Shown here: piece by piece, positions 27,425 through 37,376 of the stretch
How the letters are laid out: each line of letters starts with the position of its first letter
How positions within the stretch are numbered: the stretch's first letter is position 1
The notes under the pieces: generated by a model
What the model saw: only the letters and a program-made list of their open reading frames with translations
The model's database searches: none
Told to the model about the DNA's origin: nothing
Program-made: the position numbers and the translations under genes
NCBI GenBank assembly: GCA_002499005.1
Contig: DAJU01000010.1
Coordinates: 73,750 to 137,749, forward strand
Length of the DNA stretch: 64,000 bases
Direction of reading: 5' to 3'
Source: Thaumarchaeota archaeon UBA164
GTDB taxonomy: Archaea; Thermoproteota; Nitrososphaeria; Conexivisphaerales; UBA164

Positions 27425-28972
27425 TCACAGCCCTGCAACGCTTCCGTCTGTTCTTAGATCAGCGCCGGCAGAAATCACGCCTTCAGCAGAGAGAATTATG
27501 CCCTGAGCATGACCAAGAGCTGATGAGAGTTCAGGCACAACGCTGACCTTAAGGCCGCAAAGGCCATCTGTTGCATAAGGCGCCAGCCCTTCTTCCACAA
27601 TCATCGTTGATGGGCTTTCATATATTGTATTTGGTATGCCCCATCTTGGCATATCTATTGCCTCTTGAACGTTCATTCCAAGGTCAACTATATCTGTTAT
27701 AAGCTGAACGTGTATCTGCGGCTGAAGATCAGCTCCCATTGACCCGATGGCAAAGGTCGTTCCGTCCTCAGATATGCCAAGCGCTGCTGAAAGCGTATGA
27801 AATGTCCTTTTGCGTGGAGCTAGGCTGTTATGATGTGATTCATCAAGCGTAAAGTACGAGCCCCTGTTGTTTAGAACTATGCCGGTTCCATCAGGCATTA
27901 AGCCTGAACCAAACCCCATGTAATTGCTCTGTATAATTGAGGCGAAGTTTCCCTCTGAATCAGCAACCACGAAGTATGTAGTGTCGCCGTTTTTATTTCC
28001 AGCGGCCCTGCCTCTCTTTTCTGCCATGTATTCATCGGTCGAGAAGAACTTATCAGTAATGGGCATAAGGTCCGGGTCTCCTATATAGCGGCTTCTCTTT
28101 TGGTCTACATATGCGTACGTTTCGCAGAATTCTCTTAAAAGGCTGCCAGCGTCCACAGGAAGAGACCCTAGTTCCTGTATCAGCTTCAGCCAAAGCAGAG
28201 CTGCAGCACCTTGGCTGTTTGGCGCAGTTTCATAAACTTTAAACCCTCTGTAGTTTATGTACAAGGGGTCCTGATAAAAGGATTGGTGTGACTTGAAGTC
28301 CTCGTGCGTCAAAATTCCGCCCTCCTTTTCAATGCCCTTAATGATCTTGTCCGCAAGGGCCCCCCGGTAAAACGTTTCGGGCCCTTCTTCTGCTATTGCT
28401 TTAAGGCTGTTGCCAAGGTCTCGCTGTTTAAGCATGAACCCTGGCATTGGCGCTTGACCGTTTACAAGAAATGTTTTGCCCCAGTTGCGGTAATTCCCCA
28501 GGGCGCTTATGGAGGACCTTATTGAATCGACATAGCTGTGCGTTAGCGGGAAGCCGTTCTCCGCAAGGTCTATTGCCGGCAGAAGCAGGTCCTTGAGCTC
28601 CATTGAGGCCAGGTCCTTATGGATTATACGCCATGCATCGACAATGCCTGGAACCGTTATAGCTGAAAGGGGCCCCCTTTCGGGTATTTTCGATAATCCC
28701 TTGCTTTTGTATAGCTCCAGCGTTGCCAGCTCCCCTGACCTGCCGCTGCCATTTATCCCGTATATTTTGTCCCCGATCTTTATTAGCCCAAACAGATCTC
28801 CCCCAAGCCCGTTTTGATCATTTCTTACCACCGACAGGACGGCGCTTGTAACAAGCGCGGCATCTGCTACGTTGCCTCCATTAAGCAAAGTAAGAGAGCC
28901 ATAATACGATGCAAGCGGATGCGCGCTTGCAACAAGCCATCGTTTACCCATTACTGGGCCGCGTCTGTGCAT
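27425..28972 (-). CDS. ggt: gamma-glutamyltranspeptidase family Ntn hydrolase
   Basis: 515 aa. Autoprocessing/nucleophile site NGDTTYFVVAD, downstream GSMGAD. Confidence 0.85.
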   Translation of the reverse strand: MHRRGPVMGKRWLVASAHPLASYYGSLTLLNGGNVADAALVTSAVLSVVRNDQNGLGGDLFGLIKIGDKIYGINGSGRSGELATLELYKSKGLSKIPERGPLSAITVPGIVDAWRIIHKDLASMELKDLLLPAIDLAENGFPLTHSYVDSIRSSISALGNYRNWGKTFLVNGQAPMPGFMLKQRDLGNSLKAIAEEGPETFYRGALADKIIKGIEKEGGILTHEDFKSHQSFYQDPLYINYRGFKVYETAPNSQGAAALLWLKLIQELGSLPVDAGSLLREFCETYAYVDQKRSRYIGDPDLMPITDKFFSTDEYMAEKRGRAAGNKNGDTTYFVVADSEGNFASIIQSNYMGFGSGLMPDGTGIVLNNRGSYFTLDESHHNSLAPRKRTFHTLSAALGISEDGTTFAIGSMGADLQPQIHVQLITDIVDLGMNVQEAIDMPRWGIPNTIYESPSTMIVEEGLAPYATDGLCGLKVSVVPELSSALGHAQGIILSAEGVISAGADLRTDGSVAGL

Positions 28973-29134
28973 GTTGATTAATATTGAGACTGGTGTAGCT
29001 TAAATCTATTTGCCCAGGACGCATTTGCCTCTAGACCACCAGGCTGGCTCAAAACAACGTTAAATAAAGCTTTCATGCTGGCGGCTTAGCTTATTTGGGA
29101 ACGCGTTTAGCTTTTATATATTCGCCATTCAAAT

Positions 29135-29644
29135 ATGGCTATCATGGACCATCTGCAAAAGACCGCCAGCAACATAAAATTCTGCGTCATAACCGTAAGC
29201 AGCAGCAGATATCTTGAGAAAAACAAAGAGGATTTAAGCGGTGGAATTGCTGTTAAATTTTTAAAGAAAATAGGAAGGCCGTGCTGCCGGTTTCTGGTTC
29301 CTGACGTTTATGATTTAGTTCTTGAAAAGACACTAAAGTCCATGGAGCTAGGTGCTGAAGCTATAGTTTTAATTGGGGGCACAGGGGCCACCAAGGACGA
29401 TTTAAGCGACCTAGTTGTAGAGGGCATTTCAGAAAAGATCCTTTATGGATTTGGCGAGGAGTTTAGGAGAAGGAGCGTTGGGAGTTCAGGGTTAAACGGC
29501 ATCATTGGCAATGCGGTTCTTGGGCTAAGGGGGAACTCTGTTCTGCTTGCACTCCCAGGATCCCCAAACGCTGTAGAGCTGGGGGTAAATCTATTTATCG
29601 AAGTTGCTCCACATATTGTTGGTCAGAGGAGAAATGTCAAGTGA
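29135..29644 (+). CDS. moaB: molybdenum cofactor biosynthesis protein MoaB/Mog-type
   Basis: 169 aa. MoCF-biosynthesis domain with LIGGTGATKDD and LPGSPNA. Confidence 0.8.
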   Translation: MAIMDHLQKTASNIKFCVITVSSSRYLEKNKEDLSGGIAVKFLKKIGRPCCRFLVPDVYDLVLEKTLKSMELGAEAIVLIGGTGATKDDLSDLVVEGISEKILYGFGEEFRRRSVGSSGLNGIIGNAVLGLRGNSVLLALPGSPNAVELGVNLFIEVAPHIVGQRRNVK

Positions 29645-30590
29645 AATAATGTGGGTGGAAAAATACAGGCCTCAGACGTTTAGCGAAGTTGCCAATCAGG
29701 TTGAAATAGTTGAACGATTAAAGGGGTTTGCAAAAAATCCGCTTGAAATGCCACACCTTTTATTTGCAGGCCCTCCAGGCACCGGAAAGACTACAATCGC
29801 ATTTGTTCTTGCCAGGGAAATACTTGGAGAAAACTGGAGGAGTTATACCCTTGAACTTAATGCCTCGGATACAAGGGGTATAGACACTGTAAGGACTACA
29901 ATAAAGAACTTTACCCGATTTGTCGATAAAACCTCTGGCATACCTTATAGGATAATAATACTTGATGAAGCTGACGAAATGACTTCTGACGCACAGACAG
30001 CCATGAGAAGGATTATGGAGGAGTCCTCAACAAATGCCAGGTTTATACTTATCGCAAACGTCTCAAGCAACATCATAGAGCCCATACAGAGCAGATGCGC
30101 TATATTCAGGTTTAAGCGGCTTGACGAAGACTCTGTTGTTAAGAGGCTAAACGAGATATGCAAAAAAGAGGGGGTGAAGTGCAGGGAGGATGCTCTCAAG
30201 TTCATTTATCAGGTAACTGAGGGCGATATGAGGAAAGCGATAAATCAGCTTCAGATGGCGGCTACGCTTGGCGAGGTAACCGTTGAAAACGTAAAGACCT
30301 CTATGGCAATGACAAGGGAGAATGACGTTAAACAGATGATTGAGCTGGCGCTTTCCGGCGACTACAGAAAGGCTAGAGAGTTGCTGTACAAGCTGCTGTT
30401 TATTTATGGGCTCCCGGAGGAGGATGTCCTTAGGCTTATGTTTACAGGTGTTATGGGGAGAAACGACGTTGACACGGCTGCCGCATCAAGGCTGTTTTCT
30501 GAATACGACTACAGGCTCATTCAGGGGGCTCATCCTGATATTCAGCTGTCCGCCCTGCTGGCTGAGTTGCAGTCAATAAAAGCTAAGTAA
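29634..30590 (+). CDS. rfcS: replication factor C small subunit
   Basis: MWVEKYRPQTFSEV, GPPGTGKTT, ILDEADEMT and SRC motifs. ATG 29634 is preceded by GAGGAG and overlaps the moaB stop by 11 nt. Confidence 0.92.
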   Translation: MSSEIMWVEKYRPQTFSEVANQVEIVERLKGFAKNPLEMPHLLFAGPPGTGKTTIAFVLAREILGENWRSYTLELNASDTRGIDTVRTTIKNFTRFVDKTSGIPYRIIILDEADEMTSDAQTAMRRIMEESSTNARFILIANVSSNIIEPIQSRCAIFRFKRLDEDSVVKRLNEICKKEGVKCREDALKFIYQVTEGDMRKAINQLQMAATLGEVTVENVKTSMAMTRENDVKQMIELALSGDYRKARELLYKLLFIYGLPEEDVLRLMFTGVMGRNDVDTAAASRLFSEYDYRLIQGAHPDIQLSALLAELQSIKAK

Positions 30591-30680
30591 AATATCAGTG
30601 CAATATTCTTGCATTTAGCCTAAAGCGAATTTACAGGGATAATAAGCAATAATTTTTCGCTGAACAATTTTGCAAACTTA

Positions 30681-31589
30681 TTGCAAGAAAAGGTTAAATC
30701 TGCAGAATATTTAACACCAAATAAAGTTTTGGAAAAGGAGGAGGAAAGGCTAAGGCGGGTGTATAGAACTCTTGCTAGCAAAAATGCTATTGCCTTGCTG
30801 AGGGAGCTTTCAAAGGGCCTTAAGATTGATGATAGCGCCCTGAACCGACTTAACATGAATAAGAGAACCGCATACTATTTGTTAAAGGAAATGAAGGAAG
30901 AGGGCCTTGTTATAAAGAAGGGGTCTGTTTATACCCTATCCCTCCTTGGGTCATTCATTTTAGGTGTCCAGGAGGAGATGCATTCATTTATAAGAAACGA
31001 AGAAGCCGTTACTCAGCTCAATGAACTCTTGTTTAGCTCAAACGTGTTCACAGTAACAAATGAACTCTTGAAGAGCCTTGAAAACATAGTAGGAATTTCA
31101 AACCTAGAGCCAATAAAAATATATACGGAATGGGATCAGCTTGTGCACTCGCTTGTTCCACGGTTAAAGAACGCAAGGAACTCAATAAACCTTGCGAGCA
31201 GATACCTTAATTCTGAGGTGCTCTGGGCTCTTCTTGAGGCGGCTAACAGAGGGGTCGTGGTTAAAATACTAGGGAACTCGTCAAACCAGGCTGACAGGGC
31301 CAAGTTTTACCTTGCGATAAACCTTAATGAGGAGGTTAAGAAGGTCGCCAAGTTTCTGTACTCGCTCCCCAATGTACAGGTCAGGATTGCTCCTCTAAAT
31401 TACAGCTATATAGTTATAGACCAAGAGGACGTTGGGATAGAAGTCCCAAGCCCACTTAACGATTCGTTCCTTTTTGGCGTTCAGTTCAAAAGCCCTGTAT
31501 TAGCTGAGAGGATGAACCGAGTCTATCAGGAGATATTCTCAAAGGCCCAAGTAGACAGCGTTATCATCTCGCTGTTACAGGAGGGGTGA
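30681..31589 (+). CDS. putative wHTH transcriptional regulator (TrmB-like architecture)
   Basis: 302 aa. N-terminal wHTH-like segment (YRTLASKNAIALLRELSKG...GLVIKKGSVYTLS) plus a long C-terminal domain. TTG start. 4-nt overlap with the next gene. Family call is tentative. Confidence 0.4.
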   Translation: MQEKVKSAEYLTPNKVLEKEEERLRRVYRTLASKNAIALLRELSKGLKIDDSALNRLNMNKRTAYYLLKEMKEEGLVIKKGSVYTLSLLGSFILGVQEEMHSFIRNEEAVTQLNELLFSSNVFTVTNELLKSLENIVGISNLEPIKIYTEWDQLVHSLVPRLKNARNSINLASRYLNSEVLWALLEAANRGVVVKILGNSSNQADRAKFYLAINLNEEVKKVAKFLYSLPNVQVRIAPLNYSYIVIDQEDVGIEVPSPLNDSFLFGVQFKSPVLAERMNRVYQEIFSKAQVDSVIISLLQEG

Positions 31590-32476
31590 TGAATAATATG
31601 AGACATCCAAGCCCGCATGGCGTTCTTTTGCTGATAAGGAGCAGGGTTGTGGCGGTTCTGCTTTACTCTACCGGCATAGCTAGCAATATGGTTGCGCTTG
31701 CAGGCCTAAGGATAAACATAACAACGCTCATAGTTGGAACTGTTATAGCTTTTCTTGCAACTATAAGTTCCTATATACTTAGCGACCTGATGGACCTAAA
31801 GGAGGACATGCTAAATAGCCCCAACAGGCCGCTCCCATCAGGAAAGGCAAAAAAGGAGGATGCTGTTTTCCTTATAATAACAGGCGTTGTTATCTCTTCT
31901 GTAACTGCGTTTAAGCTATTTGGTCCTGTTCCCTTTGCGCTTGTTGTGCTTTCGTTTATCCTTGGAAGCTCCTATTCGCTCCCCGGAATAAGGGGAAAGA
32001 GTCAGTTCTGGTCAAAGGCCATTCTCAGTGCGCTTGGGGGGTTTGTAGGAAGCTTTACAGGGGCATCAATCCTTGGCCTTTATACGATATATGCCCTTGA
32101 CATAGCCACGGTCAATGGCTTGCTAATAATGCTGCTTGTTATGATAGGTGACATCATAGATTATGATGGAGATAAGGCAACCGGCGTTAGATCGCTTGCA
32201 GTAGTATTTGGCAGGGAAACCGCGCTTAAGGTGATGAAAATAACTGTCATGGTCTTGATGGCCCTTGCTTTGTTTGCCTTTAAATTAAGATACCCGGCCG
32301 TAAATCCAGTTTATCTTGTTATAACCTTTGGAGCTTCTGCGTTCACGTTTGTTTCATTTAGCAGGCTTGCGAAGAAAGGATTTGAAAGGCATGAAGCTAA
32401 ACATGTAAAACAGGTTCTGCGGGCTTTTTACTTTATAGTACAAACCGCAAACATTTTATCAGCAATCATAATTTAG
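31586..32476 (+). CDS. UbiA-family aromatic/isoprenoid prenyltransferase (substrate unknown)
   Basis: 296 aa, 8-9 TM helices. First Asp-rich motif SDLMDLKEDMLNSPNRPLPSG, second GDIIDYDGD. Confidence 0.8.
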   Translation: MMNNMRHPSPHGVLLLIRSRVVAVLLYSTGIASNMVALAGLRINITTLIVGTVIAFLATISSYILSDLMDLKEDMLNSPNRPLPSGKAKKEDAVFLIITGVVISSVTAFKLFGPVPFALVVLSFILGSSYSLPGIRGKSQFWSKAILSALGGFVGSFTGASILGLYTIYALDIATVNGLLIMLLVMIGDIIDYDGDKATGVRSLAVVFGRETALKVMKITVMVLMALALFAFKLRYPAVNPVYLVITFGASAFTFVSFSRLAKKGFERHEAKHVKQVLRAFYFIVQTANILSAIII

Positions 32477-32497
32477 CCCTGAGTCCTTAGATAGTTT

Positions 32498-32986
32498 GTG
32501 AAGGGCAGGTACATACTTGATTCAGCGGCCTTATTCAAAATAGGCATAGTTGACCCAGAGCTTGCTTACACTACGCAAGAAAACGTTGACGAAGTCATAG
32601 TTGAATATGAAAAAGCTCTTGTGTTAAAATACATAAGAGAGGGGCGGCTAATAATAAAGGAGCCTGATGACGATCACTACAAAAAGGCTCTAAAGGTAGC
32701 TGATCCTAAGCTTTCATCTGCTGACATAAAGACGCTTGCCCTAGCTGTTGAAATAAACGAGAAAGATAATGTCCCTGTTGTTACTGACGACTACAGTCTT
32801 CAAAATGCGCTCTCTAGGCTGGGAATAAGGTTTATGCCGTTAAAGACAAATGGGATAAGGAAAACTTACAAATGGACTTATCGCTGTGAGTGGTGTGGCT
32901 CTTACTTTCATGATGAGCTAAAAGAGTGCCCAAAGTGCGGAGGGCCCATCAGGCGCGTAGTTTTCCCTGTTAAACATCGCAAATAG
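32498..32986 (+). CDS. nob1: Nob1-like PIN endonuclease with C-terminal Zn ribbon
   Basis: 162 aa. PIN N-terminus (YILDSAAL), VVTDDYSLQN, then CEWCG...CPKCGG. Confidence 0.7.
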   Translation: MKGRYILDSAALFKIGIVDPELAYTTQENVDEVIVEYEKALVLKYIREGRLIIKEPDDDHYKKALKVADPKLSSADIKTLALAVEINEKDNVPVVTDDYSLQNALSRLGIRFMPLKTNGIRKTYKWTYRCEWCGSYFHDELKECPKCGGPIRRVVFPVKHRK

Positions 32987-32987
32987 A

Positions 32988-34226
32988 TCATTTAAGCCTT
33001 TCCTGAATGTATGGGCCAAGGGCGTTTAAGTCCACAGCTGCCTCCTCACGCTTAAGCAGGTCCTTTACCTTTACTTGCCCGCGGGAAAGCTCTTCTGGAA
33101 GCACCAGAACCGCTAACCTAAAGTAGCCTTTTTCGGCATCTGAAAGTTGTGTTGAAAGCTTTGCAGGCCTCATCAGCCGCGCAGGTACGCCGTAATCTCT
33201 GAGAATTTCAGACACTGCCATTGCCCTTTCTCTGAGCTGTTCCAAGTAGCAAACAGCGACGCTAATCTTTGGCGCTGAAGCGCCTGAAACTACAAGCGCA
33301 ATTCTGTCAACTCCTCCTGCGGCGCCAAGAGCCTTTAGCTCCGGTCTCCCAAAAAGTGACGGCAAAACATCGTATCCGCCTCCTCCGGCAAGGGCACCAA
33401 CGTCGCGTTTTGATGTTGAGTAGGCTTCAAAGACTATATCTGTATAATAGTCAAGGCCCCTGACAACACTAAGGTCAAATTTAACAGGAATGTTCATTGA
33501 CTTTGAAAGATCAAGAAGCCGAAGTAGCTCGCCGGCCCTTTCACTTATCGCCGGAATGGAATTCAAGTCCGCATCCGCAAGGTCTAAGGCAGCCCTTACG
33601 TCTTCTTCGTTATAGCCCTTCTGCACGTACTCGCTTATTATTTCGCCCTTTTCCTTCTTGCCCAACTTATCAATTGCCCTTAAAAGGCCATCATCGACTC
33701 TTCCCATAATTGATGTAAGCGCCGCTTCAACCACCCTTCTGTCATTCACCTTTATGATAAGGTCGTTTATTCCCAGGTCCCTGAATACCCTGTATACCAA
33801 CGAAAGGAGCTCAAGATAGTCATACTGATCCTTTGAGACCCCGTACTCTTCGACATCCCATTGATAGAACCACCGGTACCTGCCAAACTGTGGCTCGTCA
33901 TATCGCCATACTCCTGCAAACGAAGCTGCTCTGAAAGGAAGAGGAATATCCCTACGTGAACAAACATATCTCGTTATGCCGACTGTAAGGTCAAACCTAA
34001 GTCCAAGATCCCTTCCGGCCTTATCCTTAAACGCGTATATTTCATTAACAACTTCTTCGCCGCTCTTGGCCTTCAGAGTATCAAGAAGCTCTATTGAAGC
34101 TGGCTCCATTAGGTTGTAGCCGTAAAGCGTTGAGTTTTTTACAAATACATCCCTTATTCTCTCAAGCGTCAAGTAGCTTTCTGGATCGTAGTCTCTAAGC
34201 CCCCGTGGGAGCTCAAAGTACTTCAT
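32988..34226 (-). CDS. hisS: histidyl-tRNA synthetase
   Basis: 412 aa class II aaRS. PRGLRDYDP, FRYDEPQFGRYRWFYQW (motif 2 region), GGGGYD (motif 3 region), C-terminal anticodon-binding domain. Confidence 0.85.
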   Translation of the reverse strand: MKYFELPRGLRDYDPESYLTLERIRDVFVKNSTLYGYNLMEPASIELLDTLKAKSGEEVVNEIYAFKDKAGRDLGLRFDLTVGITRYVCSRRDIPLPFRAASFAGVWRYDEPQFGRYRWFYQWDVEEYGVSKDQYDYLELLSLVYRVFRDLGINDLIIKVNDRRVVEAALTSIMGRVDDGLLRAIDKLGKKEKGEIISEYVQKGYNEEDVRAALDLADADLNSIPAISERAGELLRLLDLSKSMNIPVKFDLSVVRGLDYYTDIVFEAYSTSKRDVGALAGGGGYDVLPSLFGRPELKALGAAGGVDRIALVVSGASAPKISVAVCYLEQLRERAMAVSEILRDYGVPARLMRPAKLSTQLSDAEKGYFRLAVLVLPEELSRGQVKVKDLLKREEAAVDLNALGPYIQERLK

Positions 34227-34275
34227 GCGCTACCTGAAGGCAGGCGAATATTTATCCCTTTGCGCCTAAAGCGAA

Positions 34276-34530
34276 CTAAAAGTCAAAGTCCCCGATAGCT
34301 GCTGCGGCCTTCTCGTCATAAAGCTCAACCCTTTTCTCGCTTTTTGTGGCCCTGCTGACATGAACTAGCCCAGATATCTCAAGATAGAAAAGCTCTCTCT
34401 GCAGATCTCTATATGTTATTGTTGAATCACTCTTTTGAAGCTCGTTAAGCAGCTCCCTGTCAGTCATCGCCCTTTCCCTCTTAAGTATTTCAAGTATGGC
34501 CAGCCTGAGCTCTATCATCTGTTTGACCAT
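34276..34530 (-). CDS. small winged-helix-like hypothetical protein
   Basis: 84 aa. LAILEILKRERAMTDRELLNEL...LEISGLVHV resembles a wHTH; acidic tail GDFDF. No family recognised. Confidence 0.35.
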   Translation of the reverse strand: MVKQMIELRLAILEILKRERAMTDRELLNELQKSDSTITYRDLQRELFYLEISGLVHVSRATKSEKRVELYDEKAAAAIGDFDF

Positions 34531-34589
34531 ATGAACGCCAGCTTAAACGGTTTATGCACAATTTATGGGTTCCTCATCGCCTGGTACCA

Positions 34590-34917
34590 GCTTCTTCCGC
34601 AGCGCAGGGGACATATGGGCTGACGCTAAGGGCCGTTATGTCACCCCTTAAGGCGCTTCTATTCCCTGCTTTATCTGGCTTTAAACAACATCAAGTTGCT
34701 CTTTATGACATACGCCCTTGGCTTTTTTATTTTTGCAGCCAACAGCAGAAGACCATTTCAAGCTACCGCGTAGCCTGTGAACCATCTCTCTTCAGGGAAC
34801 AGCCATTAAGTGACAACCATTCCTAGCGCCTTTGTCTGCCGCAAAGGCACAGTTTTAGTTGGCCCGGCCTAAGAAGCGCCGGCCCGCGGTGAACTGCAAG
34901 GCCTTTCTTCTGAACAA
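34590..34917 (+). repeat. copy A of a ~328-bp dispersed non-coding element (MITE-like or ncRNA candidate)
   Basis: Collinear with 58835-59163, with 6 substitutions and one T-run indel. Sharp similarity boundaries. Internal hairpins 34601-34657 and 34828-34848. T6AT5 tract 34723-34734. Confidence 0.9.
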
Positions 34918-35194
34918 GTGCACTTATAGGCCAAATGGCTGCGGCCTATTTAAATGCCAGCGTGGCTTGTCAACCACGCGCTTAGGGCGTCAATTAGAAC
35001 ACCTTACCGGCTTATGCGAAATACCACTTACACAAATAAATCAAAAAACAACGATTTGAGCTTGATGCTGGCTAAATTAATTTTACTCCGGGAAGTACGG
35101 GCTTTTGCCGTAGTCGGCTCAGTGCTCAAGATCTTAATCATTAAATCATCTGGGCCACACATCATTGCCAAGCATTAATTAAATATTAATTAAT

Positions 35195-36337
35195 TTATTT
35201 CCTTTCCTGCAAAGGAATGTATTTCCTTTCCTGCGGTCCCACATAAACTGCACGTGGCCGTATTAGCCTGTGCTGCTCCTCTACGTATTCAATAAAATGC
35301 GCCGTCCAACCAGTGACCCTTGAAAGCGCGAATAAGGCGGTGTATATGTTATTCTGAAGCGGAAAGCCTAGAGCCATGTAGACTATACCTGAGTAAAAGT
35401 CTGTATTTGGATAGATGCCCCTTGGCCCAAATTTATTAACCCCAAGTTTCTCAAGCTTCGTTGCTATTTCATAAAGGTTCTTTGCCTCACCTGTAAGGCC
35501 TATGTTCTCTGCTATTGACTTGAATATCTTTGCGCGTGGATCATAGGTCTTGTAGACCCTATGGCCGAAGCCCATAAGCCTTTTTTTACCGGAGTCTATG
35601 TTCTCCTTGAACCAGCTTTCAACCATGTCAGGGCTTCCTATTTCCTTGAACTGCATAGCTGCGGCCTCTGCGGCCCCACCATGCAACGGCCCCTTCAGCG
35701 CGGCAAGGGCTCCGGCAACACCAGAGTACATATCCGCCATTGTTGAGACAACCACAAGGCCTGCTGTGGTGGATGCAGGGACCTCATGGTCCAGATAAAG
35801 TATTAACGCCGTATTAAGCGCTGCGACGGCCCTTTCTGATGGCTCACTGTCAAATACTGCGCTTAAGAAGCTTCTTGCAAGGCTGTCTGAGCTTTTGAGC
35901 TTTACAGGCTCTTTGCCAAGGACATGCCTTATGCCTGTTGCAGTTATTGATGCCATCTGCCCTATCAGCTTTGCAGCATAATCTCTGTTTGTCGCCTTAT
36001 CCCACTTGAACGGCTCCGTTGCAGCAAGAGCCGCTATTGCGTTCATTTGAAGGGCAACTACATCAGATGATCGCGGGAGGTTAGTTATAGCGTTTAAGAC
36101 GTAATCAGGGACGTCGTATCCTGCCTCAATCTTTTCCCTGAACAGGTCCAGCTGGGATCTGTTGGGAAGTTCTCCGTTAAGAAACAGATACTGTATTTCC
36201 TCAGCCAATGCGCCAGCGTTAATTATGTCCTCTATTTGATAGCCCGAGTACCTGAGTATCCCCTTTTCTCCATCTATTGTAGTTAGCTTTGTCCATTTGA
36301 TATTTACGTCCTCTAAGCCCTTGCTTATGCTTTCCAT
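35195..36337 (-). CDS. gltA: citrate synthase
   Basis: 380 aa. LHGGA, GFGHRVYK and DPRA motifs. Confidence 0.92.
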   Translation of the reverse strand: MESISKGLEDVNIKWTKLTTIDGEKGILRYSGYQIEDIINAGALAEEIQYLFLNGELPNRSQLDLFREKIEAGYDVPDYVLNAITNLPRSSDVVALQMNAIAALAATEPFKWDKATNRDYAAKLIGQMASITATGIRHVLGKEPVKLKSSDSLARSFLSAVFDSEPSERAVAALNTALILYLDHEVPASTTAGLVVVSTMADMYSGVAGALAALKGPLHGGAAEAAAMQFKEIGSPDMVESWFKENIDSGKKRLMGFGHRVYKTYDPRAKIFKSIAENIGLTGEAKNLYEIATKLEKLGVNKFGPRGIYPNTDFYSGIVYMALGFPLQNNIYTALFALSRVTGWTAHFIEYVEEQHRLIRPRAVYVGPQERKYIPLQERK

Positions 36338-36520
36338 GTTCCCTCGCCTTTTAGACTATTGACAAAAATTGGCATGTGTATAGAAAGCTTTATAATTTTT
36401 CTCATTTTTGGGTCGTGCGTTTATTTATTTATAGATAATATAAGCGTTTCTTTTTTCATCTTTGTGAATAATACAGAATCATCCTGAACCAGTGACAGCA
36501 ATAACTTAAAATACTAACAA

Positions 36521-37243
36521 TTGTTGATCCCAGATATGCCTTTGCATATAAAGGCGGAGCCAAGCGAAGTGGCGGAGACGGCTATACTCGTATCCGAGCC
36601 AGAGCATTCAACGGCAATCTCAAAGATTCTTAAATCACCAAAGCTTGTGAATGAAAACAGAGGCTATCTTACCTATACAGGGCTTTATAATGATAAAGCG
36701 GTTACGGTGTCGGCGCATGGACTTGGTGGACCTTCTACCTCAATAGTGATTGAAGAGCTGGTCCAATTAGGTGTTAAAAGCATGATAAATATAGGAACCG
36801 CGCTTAGCTTATCTGAGACCCTTAAGCCTGGCGATCTGTTGCTGCCAACTGCAGCATCTTACATGCCAGGAGGCACTATTGGAGAATATGTACCTCAGGG
36901 CTACATAACGCTTTCCGCAACTCCTTCTTTTGAGCTTCTTTTAATGGCATACGACGCGCTTAACACAGCCGGGGTTAAGCCAATAACAGGGCCCGTTTTC
37001 AGCAGCGACATGAATTCTCTTGACGCTGATCTTATAGAAGAACTGAAAAGGCTAAAGATTCTGGCTGCTGACATGGAAACGGCAACTGTGTTTGGGCTTT
37101 CACTTATAAGGGGCATCCGCGCCGCTGGCGTTTTAATAATAGTGGGGGACGCCCAAAGAGGGCCTTTATTAAAAAAGGAAGAAATTGTGAATAAAATTTC
37201 CAACGTCGCAAGTTACCTAATTGCAGCCCTCAGCCAGCCCTGA
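36521..37243 (+). CDS. PNP/UDP-family nucleoside phosphorylase (DeoD/MTAP/uridine phosphorylase type)
   Basis: 240 aa. VSAHGLGGPSTSIVIEEL, NIGTA, AADMETA. TTG start. Confidence 0.8.
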   Translation: MLIPDMPLHIKAEPSEVAETAILVSEPEHSTAISKILKSPKLVNENRGYLTYTGLYNDKAVTVSAHGLGGPSTSIVIEELVQLGVKSMINIGTALSLSETLKPGDLLLPTAASYMPGGTIGEYVPQGYITLSATPSFELLLMAYDALNTAGVKPITGPVFSSDMNSLDADLIEELKRLKILAADMETATVFGLSLIRGIRAAGVLIIVGDAQRGPLLKKEEIVNKISNVASYLIAALSQP

Positions 37244-37318
37244 TATTTCGCCAGTAAAAACGTGTTATCAAACGTGTTAGCCTGTTTAGAAAGACCTGTC
37301 TAATGCTGCTTACTTCTT

Positions 37319-37345
37319 CCCCGCCTCAAAGAGGCGGGGCTTTTT
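37319..37345 (+). terminator. intrinsic-terminator-like hairpin plus T tract
   Basis: CCCCGCCTC-AAA-GAGGCGGGG (perfect 9-bp stem) followed by CTTTTT, 76 nt after the phosphorylase stop. Confidence 0.5.
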
Positions 37346-37376
37346 GCCCACCCTTCTGTAAAAACAGTTAGCGCAG

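Noticed and set aside
27036-27506. 156-aa plus-strand ORF spanning the moaC/ggt junction; similar long antisense ORFs at 9391..9828, 11439..11927, 8001..8372, 20576..20974 and 2040..2378
   Set aside because: Each lies antisense to a well-supported gene, has Ser/Pro/Leu-rich low-complexity composition and no family resemblance. They are shadow ORFs.
34554-34826. 90-aa ORF, and its 71-aa counterpart at 58811..59026, covering the repeated element
   Set aside because: The two copies share the first ~50 codons, but a single T-run indel puts them in different frames afterwards. Composition is non-protein-like and no family is recognisable. I treat them as chance ORFs over a non-coding repeat.
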